From positions 187,789-251,788 of the forward strand of contig NMRA01000157.1 of NCBI GenBank assembly GCA_002633005.1: DNA of 64,000 nt. Reading direction: 5' to 3'. Within the stretch, counting starts at the first letter, position 1. Each line of letters opens with the position of its first letter. The notes under the pieces were generated by a model, which was not told the origin of the DNA, made no database searches, and was given only the letters and a program-made list of their open reading frames with translations. Below, piece after piece: positions 24,798 to 39,056 of the stretch. A program made the translations under genes and the position numbers. The stretch is from Phoronis australis (Eukaryota > Animalia > Phoronida).

Positions 24798-27093
24798 CTC
24801 AAACGTTGTCTACGTTTTCTTGTCCTGTTCGTACCATATTTAATTGGTACGAAAACGGAGTCTGTCGAGAGGCAAGCCCACAATTGATGGTTGAGCATTT
24901 TTCTACCACGATTACCAATCAGAACGCAGAAACAATTTTACGTGAATAAACTCTGAATTTATAAGTATGTGATTGGAGTCTTTTTGAAATTCATACGTTT
25001 CTCTGTTATGGAAGCTGAAAAAGCCGATACAGAGACTGGTTTTAAAAACACAAAGTATTCCTATGATAATTCATTTAATGCTTTGGACTATCTCGACAGA
25101 AGCGTGCATTTCCTCTGGTCTGTGCACAAAGTTCTAAATTTATAAAATTTTGTGCTGGTTTAGATATTTACGAGAGTCTATTTTTCCCAGCGGAAAGTGG
25201 TCTGGTTGTCACAATAATGTAAACTGAACCAAATGTTCAAAATAGACTCCTTATACATGTTAATCGTACAACAAGTCACAGTCATAAAGTATTCTGAATG
25301 AAATCTGTGACTAAAGAAATCACTGCGCTATAACCAATTTGTCTATGTTCACCCGTCTCTGTCGACATCAGATAGAATCCCAACGAATAGTGGAACACAC
25401 GGAGATCTAATTTGAATTATCACTACACGATAAACATGTGAAGTAAAGCACGACAGCGTTTAACTGAATTGAAATGTATTAGTGGATTGGCGTCTATTGT
25501 TTTTCGCTTTAAATAACTAAAAAATTTCAAAATCACAAAGAAATTCACGGTTAAATATGCAGCGTCTCGCTATATTATAGAAGCAGCTTCATAAGCACAT
25601 GCTGGTTCGAAGCCAAATATTGCTATCTTCTGGGATTACATAGCTTTTCTTAAAGAGGACTTCTAAAAATGGCATGCTTAATAAAAACCGGAAAAGTTCG
25701 ACGGAATTTGATATATAAGTGTAGCCAAATGTAAATGTTTAAGAAAAGATTCCTACTAAAAACACTCAAAATGCATTTTCTCCCCAAAACTGATGGTGTC
25801 ATTTAAAGGTGCCTTTTGTCCTCTTAATAACTGTTATAAAACTGGTCTCCATTTGATCCTCAATACTCAGATTAGAAGTGGCCTCTAGGTTTATGAGGAC
25901 CTTACAATTTACTATTGCTTGAGACCACACTCGGCGCATAAAATGACCAGCCGGGTTAAGTTGGGTAAAGTTTAGCTAACTTGTTGAACCTGGTCTCAAG
26001 CAATAACAAACTTTCACTATTCTTAAGTCTAGAAACCCCTTCGATTCTAAATAAGGAACAAGTTGGGCCTAGCTTCATAAGGACATGTGTCAGAATTTCT
26101 TCAGTATTCAAATTGACTGATGCTCTAGGGTCGCTGCGCAAAAGGTATTTTTTAAAGTTTCCCTGTGGCTCAGCGACCCCTTGGTGCAAGAATATCATAC
26201 ATCTGTGATATTTGAGCCATTAATCATTTGGTCCATTACATGAAACCTGACGATCAAATTTACACGTAGAGATTAAAAATTGCCATCGGAAACCATGCGA
26301 AGATCATTACCTGAAGAGAGTTGTGTTTCTCGTACACGTATAGCAAGAAAAAGCAGGAACACAGCCAGCCGATGCATCCTGATTTCCATCGACAAAACTG
26401 CATGTGTAGCGTAAACAGCGATATAACATTTCCTCGTCTCCATTGACGGTGCTTGAGAATATCCATTAGATCAGTCAATTTTTGTGAGTGACTCGACAGA
26501 CACGAGAAGTGGCTCTTCAAACCAGGGTACGCAAATTTGAGCAAGGTTTGATTATGTACCTTTGAAATGAGTACTATACTTTGCCGTTTGAAAATGTCAG
26601 CGTTATTGAATTTAAAAAATGACTCGTCCGGTAATTTTCATTAGTTACAACGGTATATTCAATCTTATTACCAAACTGTGACGTTAAGTATTTCATGATT
26701 GGCACGCTGTCTTTCGAATAAAATCGTGTCTATGTGAACAATCAATAATTATTTTTAATTAGAACGTTGCTTTTCAGGTAAAACGCGTAGGTGAAAGTAG
26801 AATCTATTGCAACGTTTGCATGGATGGCTATTTAAGGATACTATTTAATGCTGCAATCCTGTTTAAACCGTCAATTGCGATGCATGTGTTCGAATGTTTT
26901 TCAGTAAAGCGTAAAACTGGTGTTTAAGCTCATGCTTGTTGGCCGTTTGGGTGTAACAGTTGTGAACGAAAGCCCACCGCCCATCTCAACCACTGAGGTG
27001 AAGTTTGTATCGTATTAGTTCCCGGGTTGGATGGAAGAGGACTGACAACAAGAGAAAAAGTTGCTTTTATTGACTACACTAATACGCATACAC

Positions 27094-28744
27094 GCGTTCC
27101 ATTATAATTGGAACCCCGGTGCAAAACGGATGCCCAGGAGTCGAAAACACACCCCTGCACCTTCAAAACAGTTAGTCAGCCCGAAAAACACGAACCGTTA
27201 CCTTTAAAATACCTTTAGAATACTGGGTACCGAAACACCATTCTCGCACTTAGTGTCAAACATTGTTTGTCTCAAGAAAATAGTACCTTAGTATCTTTAA
27301 ACTGCTTTTTGTTCATACAACATGTATCATTTTTACATTTTGACGAAAAATAAATCTCCCTACTTTAAATAGTTGTTGTGATTTGTTTTTTTACTACCGG
27401 TATATGGTAATTTTAGACAAGTAATGACCGATTGGCGTTCTCCCGCTATCCTGCTGCTCAAATTGTGGTGCGAAGTTTTGCGTCGGCTTTTGGCGCCGTG
27501 AAATATTGCGTCACCTATTGGCCTGTTTCTTTTTTCACAATTCTTCAACCAACTGTTCTTCCACACGGTTGCGTACACGTGATAATAAATTATAGGAACT
27601 GTTTTCATTTCGTTACAAGTTTTTAATATTTTAATGCCAGCAAACCAAACTTCAGAACAAATTTTGCAACAGTGATTCATCAAAAAGAGCAGAGGCGGAT
27701 CTACAGGGAGGTTCAGGGGGTTCAAACCCCCTCGGGACAGGATCAAAAATAAAAATTGAAAAAAAATTCGCCAGAAAAACGAAACCAGCTACTAAAAACC
27801 AAAAAAATCTTACACGGGAGGAGGGAAACCCCCTCCCAACCTTCCTTCCTCTCGGCGCTACACGCCTCGGATTCGCTCGAATCCTAACCCCCGCCCCTTA
27901 CTGAAAACGACATCTGCCACTGAAGAGTGTGAATGCGTAGCTGAGTTCAGAAATTCCGATTCCAAATTCCGTTTAAATGATCGATGAGGAGTTGAGTACA
28001 CTTATTTGAGGGCAAGAACGGTGAAATTGGTGTCGGTGCAGGTGTTTTGAGTGAATAATTCTCGCGGTCCATTTCAAAATCCGAAAAACGATAATTCTGC
28101 CGGGAATAATGTACTCTTTACAAGTAAATCGACGAACCCTAAAATGCTGCCAATCTTAAAGATATTTTATTTTTTTATTTTTTTTATTTTTTTATTTTTT
28201 ATTTTAAAAAATCTTAAAGATATTTAAAAGGATTAATCAACAATGGGACTCGAGAGTCGAAACAATATTTTTGTTTTTTTTTATTTTTGAAAACATTTTG
28301 GGAGAAACTATTGAATAATCTGAAATTAACTAATTTAATTAATCGCCGAGATAACGTGTTGACTCAGTATAGATTATAATCGCCCACACACAACTTGCGC
28401 GAGTTATACCGATAAAAATCAAGTGACAAAGGGAATAGAATATAGGTTAAGTTTTATTATTGACAATTTTCAACAAACAAATGCAGAGAACATGTCAACT
28501 TAAAAATACTTGGAGATGCTTTAACGCTTGAGGTTACCGACAACGGTCTCAGTCAGAAAATTTGAAAAATTGTCTGGATTTCTTGTCTGACCCCCCGGGT
28601 TCCTGTTTTAAATGTCCGTGTTCGTGTTTTAAACTCCGGGATTTGTTTTTTTTTCGGTCTGGTTAGCAGTTTTGAAGGTGCGGGGATCTGTTTTCAACTC
28701 CGGGTTATCTGTTTTACTCCGGGATTCCAGTTTCGATGGAACGC
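27094..28744. mobile_element. Non-autonomous DNA element with ~100-bp degenerate TIRs (Mutator-like?)
   Basis: GCGTTCCAT...GCACCTTCAAAAC is mirrored by GTTTTGAAGGTGC...ATGGAACGC; no clear TSD. Confidence 0.6.
27690..27922 (+). mobile_element. MITE family A, intact copy
   Basis: CAGAGGCGGATCTAC...CATCTGCCACTG with 5-bp TSD AAGAG on both sides. Confidence 0.85.
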
Positions 28745-29810
28745 CCCCATTCTGTTTTGTGGTATTCATATTCTTTCGCCATGATATTGAAAAACTTCTT
28801 CAAAACGAAAAAAAAATGTTAACCTGTCCTAATCCAAGACAACTCTTCGGTCTGTCCCCTCTGATGGTCAATAATTTTTGGAAAGTGATAGAATGAAATA
28901 ACTTCTCTATCACCCCTGCTCGAGCAGCTAGCTATTACACAAAATGTCACCATTATATTGAGTAAATTCTGCCGAGAATTCAGCTAAGAAAAGTGTCTTT
29001 GCTTCACGATACCACAACCACACTGAATGAAATATTTGTCCTCCAACGCAGCTGATAATCTAACTGATGACCTCATTTGAAAACACCTATGGCGCGCTTG
29101 CGCAGCTCCACGTTTTGACTCGAATGCTTACATGCGTACTCTGTGTGATAGTACCTGTTTGTTGAAGAAATGATTCAAGTTACGTATGGAAGTTCACGCG
29201 TGGGCTGAATATCTTCTTTTAAATGAACAGGTGGGCTATGGCCTCTTTGTGCTCCACCGTGGCTGCACCCCTGCACGTGAATATTTCTCCACTTTGGATT
29301 TGAACATGAGTCTCCATTGACAAGGCAACAAATATTGATACAGATTCAAATTGGCGTATTTGGACTTGGGTATTTGGAGCGCCTATGACATTGCGTTGGC
29401 CAATTATAGGCGTAGGAGAGAATTTTGCCGCCCCGCTCGTCGCCGCCAAAATCTATCTCCCCGTCGTCACCAATTCTCCAAATTTCTCCCCACCGGTCGT
29501 CGTAGAATTTCCTAAGCCCCCGCGGGCCGATTTCACCTGCTGTCCCTTTTTATAAGATTTTCCTTTCTGTATTTTACGTTGCATTTTCCGCAGCCTGAAC
29601 GTTTTCTTGTTTTGTCAAAATTTTCCATAATTTTGCCAGAATGTGGGTTGCAATTGCCTTTCCGACTAATTCGCCTACGCACATGCATAATCCAAGAAAT
29701 TACTTCGACCACAAATATTCTCTTCTCTGCGGAATTTTAACACAATCTTTCGTAAAAAACCTGTCGCCACCTGTCGGAAACTGAGAGCAGCAACACACAG
29801 AGCACTGTGT

Positions 29811-29943
29811 AGGCCCAAATTGTCAAACCGTCCCAAATGTCACAGCTTCATATCTGTGACAGTTTGGGTCAGCACTGTAAGCCCAACTTGTGACAATGTG
29901 CCCAAAATGTCGCAACAATTTTTGCGTGTGTCACTTTGGGCCT
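29811..29943. mobile_element. Small Mutator-like MITE
   Basis: TIRs AGGCCCAAA / TTTGGGCCT; 9-bp TSD-like GCACTGTGT/GCACTGTAG. Confidence 0.55.
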
Positions 29944-30884
29944 GCACTGTAGTACACAGGTTCGTAAAATGCAATTCGTGTGCTGTAGAATGGACATATT
30001 CCAACAACACAGTCTATTTTCAAATGTCCACCGGTCTCAACTAATAAATCGAAATAGATTGGATAAAACGAACTTGAATACATGGTTAGGGGCGTCAAGA
30101 GGGTGCGGACGGGAGGGCCCACAACCCCGGAGCCCGTGGCAGTTAAGGGCTCCGTCGGTAAAAAAACATGGTTATGGAGTCATGTTCTACTAATGGCTTA
30201 GCTGTGGAATAAGAAACTGTGCGAATCATTCTTTCTGCTGTCGATCCACAGATGGTGTGGCAATGTGACATGCCAGAGTACTGTTTTCGTACAGCGGCAC
30301 ACTGAGGAAAATTATCTCGGGATCTCGAAATCCTGAAATGATTAAGTCTCGAGATCCTGGGATGATTAAAAAAGAAACCTGCGATGTCATCTTTGGGCCA
30401 CCGTAGCACGGCTTTGCCTTCATGTTTGTTTTTTAATATTCATAGAACTAAATTTGCTGAGAACAAAAACGAAGTCATTTGCTTAACGTTGTTTAGGTTG
30501 TATAGTAAAGCTGTATAGTAAAGCCGTTTTGAAAAGATCATGTAATGTTATACCCGCAGAAATGAGTATTTTTCGACTTCGCAAAGGTTGTTATAGAGAG
30601 GATTATTGTTTTAACCACCATAAACTTCGTCACAGAAACATGCTTGAAACTCGCTTTGATAGAAATTAGAGGTAGCTATACACAAATCTCGATATCTAGG
30701 CCTTAAATACTCACACACACAGTGATAACTAGGTTTCCGAAAAATTCCATTGCATGATTTCATTAGTGTAGGAAAACATCGCAGATAAAACGGAAAAATG
30801 TGGAATATATCAACAAGCTAGCTGCATCTTCTTGTACAGGCTTACTTACATTTAAGTTAAACTCATATGAGTGTGTGTGTGTGT

Positions 30885-30970
30885 NNNNNNNNNNNNNNNN
30901 NNNNNNNNNNNNNNNNNNNNNNNNNNNNNNNNNNNNNNNNNNNNNNNNNNNNNNNNNNNNNNNNNNNNNN
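30885..30970. other. Assembly gap (N run) flanked by (GT)n
   Basis: N run in sequence. Confidence 1.
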
Positions 30971-31125
30971 GTGTTGCGGTAACGCCATCTTGTGTACAGG
31001 AAGGTAGGTAGGCAGAGTTATATCTAAGAAATACGCGGGAAAATCGCGTCATGACATATTGCTCTACGTCATAAACATAAGAAAGTTTATTCGACTTCTG
31101 TAAGTAAACGGTTCAGGACGAAAAT

Positions 31126-34100
31126 ATGAGTGACATAGAAGAATTATGAGAAATTCTGAAAGAAAAATTTGATGACATCGCTTCTCGTATGAGGTAGGTT
31201 ATAAGAGTAGATAGTACTTTATTTACACGTAATTTGCTTGATAACTTATAATATTGATCAGTTTTCACGAAAAATTTTCCCTTATCTATCTTAAAAATTA
31301 CTCTTCTTGTTACAAAATAATATGCATGACGCTCTTCATCTTGTTTTCTCCTTCTCTAGTTATTCCTATCCTCGTTCCCCTCCTCCTCGTTTTCACCAAT
31401 TACATAACCATTCCCATCTTCATCGTCACCACCGTCTTTCCTTTTAGCCAACTTCACCAAGTGTATCCTTTTAGTCTTCTTTTATCAGATTTCACCCGTA
31501 ACAGTCTATTAACCATCAAGAATCTCTTGATTTTCGATAGGTTTCTGGAGGGACTGAAGGACGCATTACAGATAAAAGCACGTGTCGAGAAGCAATATAT
31601 ACATGTACGCAGCTGGAACGAGCCGCAGCGAGAATCTTTGGTCTGCAGGACCACGCACCACCAATCGCGGAAGAGGCCATAAGTCTCGTGACACACGACA
31701 TGATATACAGTTCTGTGGCCCATCGGAGGAGCAGCGATAAAACACTGGATTCAGTTCTTTGCAACCTAGACAGGTAAAGCCGGCCATGAACTGCATGCGC
31801 AAGTCAAGTGTCCGTACAAGTCACTCTTAATCGTTCAAAGCGAAATAGTCGTCATAAGTGTTATTCTCCGTAGTTCATGTTAAAACACAATCGATTAGGC
31901 TGCAGTTGGAGACTGGAAACCCGTCTATATTTTACGCAGACGAAATCGCAATCAGACCTGGGCCTGAAACCACTACACTTCTCGAAAAGTTATTTCACAA
32001 TTTATCAAACCCATCACTTGAAATTTAAATCGGTCAGTTTTCGAAAGTGGTCAAGAATTTTCTAAAATTTAAAATGAAAACTGGGCTACTTAACCTTACA
32101 AAATTGACCTCAAAGTTTGCCCTACTATGATAAACTTTTATGTCCATGACTACGAAAATATCTCCATCAACAAGTAAAATGCTTTGAAAAAACGGGGTCG
32201 CCAGATCTTCCAAATTACGTTGCCTGCTTCATCAAAGTTTTATCGTAATTCCAATTAATTACAATTGTTATTATGTATAGTTATGCACCTGTATTACCTA
32301 TACAGAAATATGATAAAAATGTAGTTATCTCTCAATTTTCCGTTCTTGAGAAGACCACTAAAATATTTGAGTTTTTGGCGCGTCTCTTAAAGTCTCTCGC
32401 AGTAGCTGGACAGCCGATGACAACTGCGAACGATAACTCTTACAGCATTCTTCTAAACCAGCGCTGCGGTCTTCAATGCAAATTTCCAAAAGAGTCCTCC
32501 CTTTTCCAGGAAAATTCCCTGGGGCTGTTTGGATGCAAATCACTTTGTAAATATCAATGTCTCCGAATGGAGGCTTATTCAGAAATCTCCTGCTAAGGTT
32601 GACGGGTGACTTACAAATGTAAACGGCTACTTACGTTAACGCACGTTCAAGAACTAGACCAAATGATTTGGTAATGGTGGTACAAGTACATCATTCTATT
32701 TTTAGTTTTCTTGAGGGTATCAATCTGAAACGCCTAAAGACTAGGACGAAAAAGTTGGTTAAGAAGAGAAGAAAAGATGGAACACAGACCAAACTTGGGT
32801 CAGAGGTAAGCACTGCTGTTAATAGTTCATAAAATTTCACCAAGAACGTGACATTTGAATTGAATTGTAAATCCATTGAAAGACTGGTCTACCATTTTCA
32901 CCCGAAACAAGGCCAATAAAACATTACAGGGGCACCCTCATGACAAAGTGCAAATACCTTCGTTAACATAAGAAAACGTATAAAACTCGGCCTTTTACCC
33001 ATACCTGATCTGTTCTCACCCAAAAAGAGAACCGCACCTTTGACCACAATCCGGCCACCTTTCATGTGAAGCATAAAAACAAGCCCACTTAAGATCTCAT
33101 TTAAAGTATGTAAAATCAATGGAACAGATGTCATACCGGGGTAGAGCTCAGTAGGTGTCTCGCGGCTAGAAAAATCAAGCCAAAATCACGTGTTCTCATT
33201 TAAGGTTATCTCGAACCTTGTCAAATTCGTTCCTCAATCACAGGATACGGCTTACACCCGGTTCCCAAAATCACAGTTGTCCAACCATGGACACGGTTCA
33301 CCTACTATCTCATAGGATCACCTAACACGGGACTGGAGTCAGTGACCTATTTTTTGGCTAAAAACCAGTCTGCTACTAATGTCTCACTTTGTTTTACAAA
33401 CGTCAAGCCAACGCTAAATGCTGAAAGTCGACTCAATGTAATAAAACAAGAATCCCTGGTTGAGAAACAAAACTCATAAATCTACATCTGGGTATTCGTA
33501 GTCGAATTTTTGACTTTCGGATTTTGACGAAAATCAAAACTCTCTTCGAGAAACTGGCGTTGGAGTCCGGGCACGTGCTTGGCGGTCGGGGAATCGTTGT
33601 CTGTAACTCGGTGAGTTGAAAGTTTTGGGTAGTATAAGCCGTGAGTCTTTGGAATTTGTATTGCTGTATTATGAGACGGCTAGAACGACTTTGTGAGTCG
33701 CTGAGCTGGTTGAGCTTGTGAGCTGTGCTTTGAACGTGATGAACTACTTGTACGGTATATTAATGTGTGTATCAGATGAGTTGTATCCAGTCTTCAGCAC
33801 TTCTGTAACTGGTTTCTTGTGTTTTCAAAGGCGAATAGCAGAGAAATAAACAACAACGAATTCGGCAAGGTCTTTACTTTCTTACGTAAACATTCCTCTA
33901 CATTGTTGACATTCAATAATCGTGACTGCATGGCTAATGTAATAACGCATTTGTATTCGTTGTTACAATGAATACGAAAATGTTTCCCTTTGAAGACAGC
34001 TCTTCAAAATTACGTTACCAGCATCCCGTACGTCTGAGAATCACAACTGAATGAAAATCGACTTCAGACTAAAGCTTCACCTCACTAAATATCTTTTCAA

Positions 34101-35235
34101 TAGGATCTTCGCAACCACTTTGTCAGTCTTGAAGGCATCTGTGATGGCTATCAGAAGACGCTCATTGAAGCTTTGGACAAAGCGACGAGTGATGCGAAAC
34201 AGCTGTCCACCCATATGTAAGTTGTACACTGGTTACATTAACTTCCAAGAAAAATATAGTAACGATTATTCAGCGAGCTGTCACTGATTACATTCGAAGA
34301 AATATTGTCAGCAAATCAGAATATACTCATACGATAGATGTATTTTTGGCGAAGGATCTATTTCATTTGTAATGGTCTTTGCGCATGTCAAGAGTCTGCA
34401 AGCGTATAATTATGTTCTTCACTAGCCAGTATGAAAGAACGGTTGCTGCAGTTGGGGACGAGAACTCCACTCCTGCCAGCAATATTAAAGTCTCGCCATG
34501 GCATACCAGACTTGCCCGTAATTGCCTACAGTGACACTTCTTCATCTATTGATTTGGTTTAGGTGGAGAATAAGCAAATCATACAAGAAAACTGGATCTT
34601 TACAACAACAAATGCGTGACGATATGAACGACTTTGCGTCGGTATCCATCGACTTCGAAACAGAACCATTGACGAGAGATGGTGTCCTGCCTGCCAAGAA
34701 GATGTTTGCGAATTTGAACTTACAATCGCATGTCACTTTGGAAGAATCTGTAGATGGGATAGTTGTAGAACAAGAGAGTGGGAAAGACGAGAGTACCTTT
34801 GAGGTGTCAAGTGACAATGTTAAAAGTATAAGTGAAGCTTCCATCAATGTCACGGTTGCCGCGGCCGCCGCTTCCGCCGTCACTGCATCTGGTACAGAAT
34901 CTCGTGATGATGGGATCGCCGCTGTAGGCATCATCAGTATTGCTAACACTGACAATGATGACGTCACATTGAATGACGTAGATTGTACGTATGTGGAGAA
35001 AACGGAAAGCCTGAAGAATGAATATGCTATCGATTATTTAACAGTTCAAGGCGATATTACTTCAGGCAGCAGCATCAAAGGCCAAGTCAAGGATGACAAG
35101 GTCGCGAAAAAATCAACATGCGAGTGTGAATACGATGATTTTGATGAATTACCCACAGACGAAGGAGAAGCAGGAAGTAGATACGAAGAATACTTTGACA
35201 CCATCTCGGTGATGGGCGGATCAAGTTGTAACTAG
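31126..35235 (+). pseudogene. 5-exon F-BAR/FCH-like gene with acidic C-terminus, apparently disrupted (exons 31126-31193, 31541-31773, 32706-32805, 34104-34216, 34563-35235)
   Basis: GT-AG sites with compatible phases; MSDIEEL*EILKEKFDDIASRMRFLEGLKDALQIKARVEKQY..QLERAAAR...SSVAH resembles an F-BAR helix pattern; TGA at 31147-31149 and a frameshift near 31598-31605. Confidence 0.55.
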
Positions 35236-35616
35236 GAGACAGCCTCTGGTTTGGAAGAACCCCAGCCCGATGACCACACACTCTTAGTCATGGAACCGTC
35301 TGGAAGTGGCCGTGAGCATTCCTTAACTCGAAACCAGACAACCTCGGTTTCAGGAACGCCAGAAAATGAGCTTGCACCATGATAGGCGAACTGATGGTAG
35401 AAGATGTCGATTAGAGAACAGACGTTGGACTTCAGAGATTCAAAAACTTGGTTATGAAAGCTTCAGGTTGGGATGAACCGGAGTCCCATAACCAAAGAGA
35501 CTGTTTGAAAAAGCTAAGGAAAGAGGTACAAAGAGTTTTAACCACGACGTGGACCTTATAGTATAATGTTGATAAGTGAACTGTTCAATTTTAAATTTTT
35601 CTTGTATGAAATTTAA

Positions 35617-35891
35617 GGTTATGTAGGACATTATAAAAAAGTGGTCGAGATGAAATCTCAAAAAGCGCTGCAATAGTTTTCTAAAATATCATTTTACTTA
35701 ATTTTGTGGAACTTTGGAATTTTTTATCAAAACGATAAAAGTAATTTTTTTGATCGCCCCTCATGCAAAAGCGAATCAAGAACACTTCCTTACATCGTTT
35801 AGAGAGTAGTTTATAAAGCATTGTATCTGAAAGTTTCATATGAATCCGATAAGTCAATTTTGAAGATATTCGAACAGGATCCTACATAACC
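35617..35891. mobile_element. Kolobok-type MITE
   Basis: TIR GGTTATGTAGGA / TCCTACATAACC flanked by TTAA / TTTA. Confidence 0.7.
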
Positions 35892-36573
35892 TTTATTCAA
35901 TTAAATATTGACTTGTTAATTGAATCGTTTAATTAAATATTAATTTTCAAATTTGAAAATGCTTTTCTTTTTGTCTTAGAAGAATTGTTAAACAAGTAAC
36001 ACGCACGCTGGAAGAATTGTGTATGATTTACAAATCATTGAGGACTACAGTGTGCACAGTTGAGTCCTGTACGGCGTGTTTGGATTCGCCACTAGCAGTA
36101 TAGACATTTTGGTAAACTGATTTTGAGATATGACGCAAATTGAAAATAATTGACTTTAAAATGCAAAAACGACTGGAAACAATGGTATCAAGTATAAAGA
36201 GCTGCGGAACGTGCTACACGCTTCTCGAGGAACTGTGACCAAAAATAGCTCTCCGAGCAGGCCCAAATTGTCACACCGTAACAAATTGTCGCAACTTCAA
36301 CTTTTTCGGCATTGTGTCGACTTAGCATGTATTTCATAGAGCAGCACTGTTTTCCATTTGGAAAAGCGCATCGAGTTAAACTTTCTTTCAATTAGACTTT
36401 GTTGTCAGCTCAAAAAGACCAACTACTCATGGTCATAGTCTCAAAGTAAGTTTTCTAGCAAAACCGTAGTAAAGCAGAGTCACATTTCACAAACATTTAT
36501 TTATACAATAACAATTTCCAAAAAAAGCATCCCACATAAAACTTATGACACCTTTGTCAAGATTTTTCATTAA

Positions 36574-37733
36574 AGAGTTCCACTATGATCCTGTGTCTCA
36601 AAAATAATTTTATTAATACATTTTAAGAGATTTAATAGTCTTTAGAATACCTGTTGCTAAGAAACAAGCCAAAAATTTTTGTTATCGGGGGTTGTATGTA
36701 ATGGGTGGAAGACCGTCTCCGCCGTTGTTGTTGTACACAAGTGCGATCCTGAGGAGTTGTGAGGAAGTCCACTGAGAGCCGCCTTTTCAGACATGAAAGG
36801 GTGCGTTTGTGAAGGATGTAGTAACAGCAACTTGACTGAGAACGTCTCTGTGTTCAAATTTCCTAAACACGTGAAAGTTGCGCAGAAATGGCACCGGTTT
36901 GTGCGCCGCACGAGAGTGTGGAATGTTAGTGTAGAACATACGATTCAGTCGTGAACCACACTTTGTTCGGCACATTTCAAGGAATAATGTTTCGACCGAG
37001 CACAAAAGCGGTGTTATGAGGACGGAATCGCCGTATTCACAAATTTTATAAATAACGAACAAACTGTTTCCCTTTTATGACGAGTGACGCCGGCCCAGAT
37101 CGAGTGCTATGACACGTAGGCTTATGCATTGTGTTTAGACCGTGCTCATTCCATCACCGCAATAGTGAATACGAGTGACCCAGGTTTACTGTGGCATTTG
37201 TCAATGACTAGTGAGTGTCTATTTTGTAAATATTGACCACCCCTTGGTTTAGTTGGTTGTGATCAATGATTAGTGGGTGTGTATTTTGTGAATATTGACC
37301 ACCCCTTGGTTTAGTTGGTTGTGGTTCACATATGTCTGCGGCATTTCTCGTGCAAGTGGGTCGAGTTTATACGGCCTCAAAGCCGACAAAAGTTCGCTTT
37401 GTGGGAAATCGATTTCATTGTCTGATTTCTCCAGTACTTTGAGTGTAATCCCGGTATCCACTCTCCTCTCTGTCTGCATAATAGTTGTCTAGCTCTCGCT
37501 CAAATTCGTCCTTTTGATCTGCTGTGCTCCGCCATTGGAATTGATTTTCAAGTGAACGTCTTCCACCCACTACATCATTTAGCGGGAAACTTTAAAATAA
37601 CATTTTTTTTTCAAAGTTACAAAATTCGTGACTATTTGGCATAAAAGTGCCTATTTAGTTAAATCTTATGGTATTCATTTCATATTAGCTATCTGAAACC
37701 TCAAAAACTAAGAAAATGCATGGCGGAAAGTCT
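36574..37733 (+). mobile_element. Kolobok-like relic with degenerate THAP domain (36793-~37005, +) and a convergent second-ORF remnant (-)
   Basis: MKGCVCEGCSN...FKFP....KWHRFV...LCSAHF (THAP C2CH, with stops); minus strand LRPYKLDPLA; imperfect TIRs AGAGTTCCACTATG / CATGGCGGAAAGTCT flanked by TTAA/TTAG. Confidence 0.7.
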
Positions 37734-38583
37734 TTAGAATTATAATTACGCTAACATTAGAATTATACCAATACTTTTCTTAAACAAATCTCTTCCTTCA
37801 ATCATAGTGTAGTGCTGAGCAGACAAGAACAAAACGATATTCACCTTCGGTACAGGTATTTGGACAAAAAGGTACACCCAGAGAGAACAAGCAATAGAGT
37901 TATACCTGCCAGTTTCGACAACTTTGCCTTCATTCACATTGAAAAATCGCGTCAAAAATTTCACGACTTACTTTTCGAGGCAGTTATAATAGCATTCTAA
38001 ATGCACAACGTGGAATTATTTTTAACTTCGACGTGCCAACCCCACAGACATGCTGTTAGAAGACATTGCCAATGTTACGTCACAGGTGACACCATGGTTA
38101 ACCTATACCTCGTAATAATCATGTTTACATATATATTTGATATAGTTGGGTAGTTGCTCTTCATTGACACAAATTTGGTTGAAGGCACGACTGTACTTTT
38201 TGTTAGACTACGAGCAAGGATATGTTAAGCTGTCTGGCACAAAGTAAAATCGTGCCTTCAACCACGTTTGATACACAGATATCTTTAATCGCAGACATCC
38301 AGTTATAAATCTGCATCTAAAGCCGGAGGATCGCCACACAAATAAAAAAGTTCATGTTCAATTCAACGTTTCGTCTTTTCATCAGACATCATCAGGATCA
38401 TATTTACAACAATTTAGGACAAAAAGTGCCAACATACAGCACTTTGGTGTAGACTGCCTCTTGATTTTGAAAAAAGTATCCGTGATCAGAAATATGGTGG
38501 ATATTTTATGCCTTTGGAAGTTTTACATATTCCTTTCTGTGCAACCTGATAACAAATTTATTTGGAGACTAGCACATGGGTCT

Positions 38584-39056
38584 TTACGCAACAAATATTT
38601 TCTTTTTTGTGGGTGGACGCGAGAACTGAGGCGGTGCACCGCACGTTACTGCTTGCGCGCGTAGCTGAAGAGCCGTAGGCGTCGAAAAGAGTTCTACAAC
38701 AGTTTCATTGCGTTTTCGTCCAAACGACAGTTGTGCATTACTCAAAGGCTTGCCCGCAGCTTTAGGAACACGCGCAGGTGGCGACGACCAAGATTCTTTG
38801 CACGCATTCTGCTTTGCCTTGTTACCTCGTGAAGATTTGGCAGGAGACTTTTTAGAAATTGTCTTTTTCCTCAATTGAGAAAATGTCACAGGCTTAAGTT
38901 GACGCATGTGTTTTATAATGGTCGGAATGTCTTGAATGACAAAAAGAACAGCAAAAACAGCGATGAGAAACCAGAGTACAACTGCCGGGTACTGTGCTCC
39001 CTCTGCTTCTTCTGGGTTCCTGCGAGCTAGCGGGAATACTGGCTCATACTCCATTG
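38584..39056 (-). CDS. Gene 3 terminal exon: transmembrane helix and basic tail (paralog of 21336-21907)
   Basis: Acceptor CTGATTTTCAG, phase 1; 52/55 aa identical to the gene 1 TM region; AATAAA at 38557-38562 on the minus strand. Confidence 0.8.

Noticed and set aside
33540-33800. Possible solo LTR
   Set aside because: No TG..CA boundaries with TSD and no second copy could be identified
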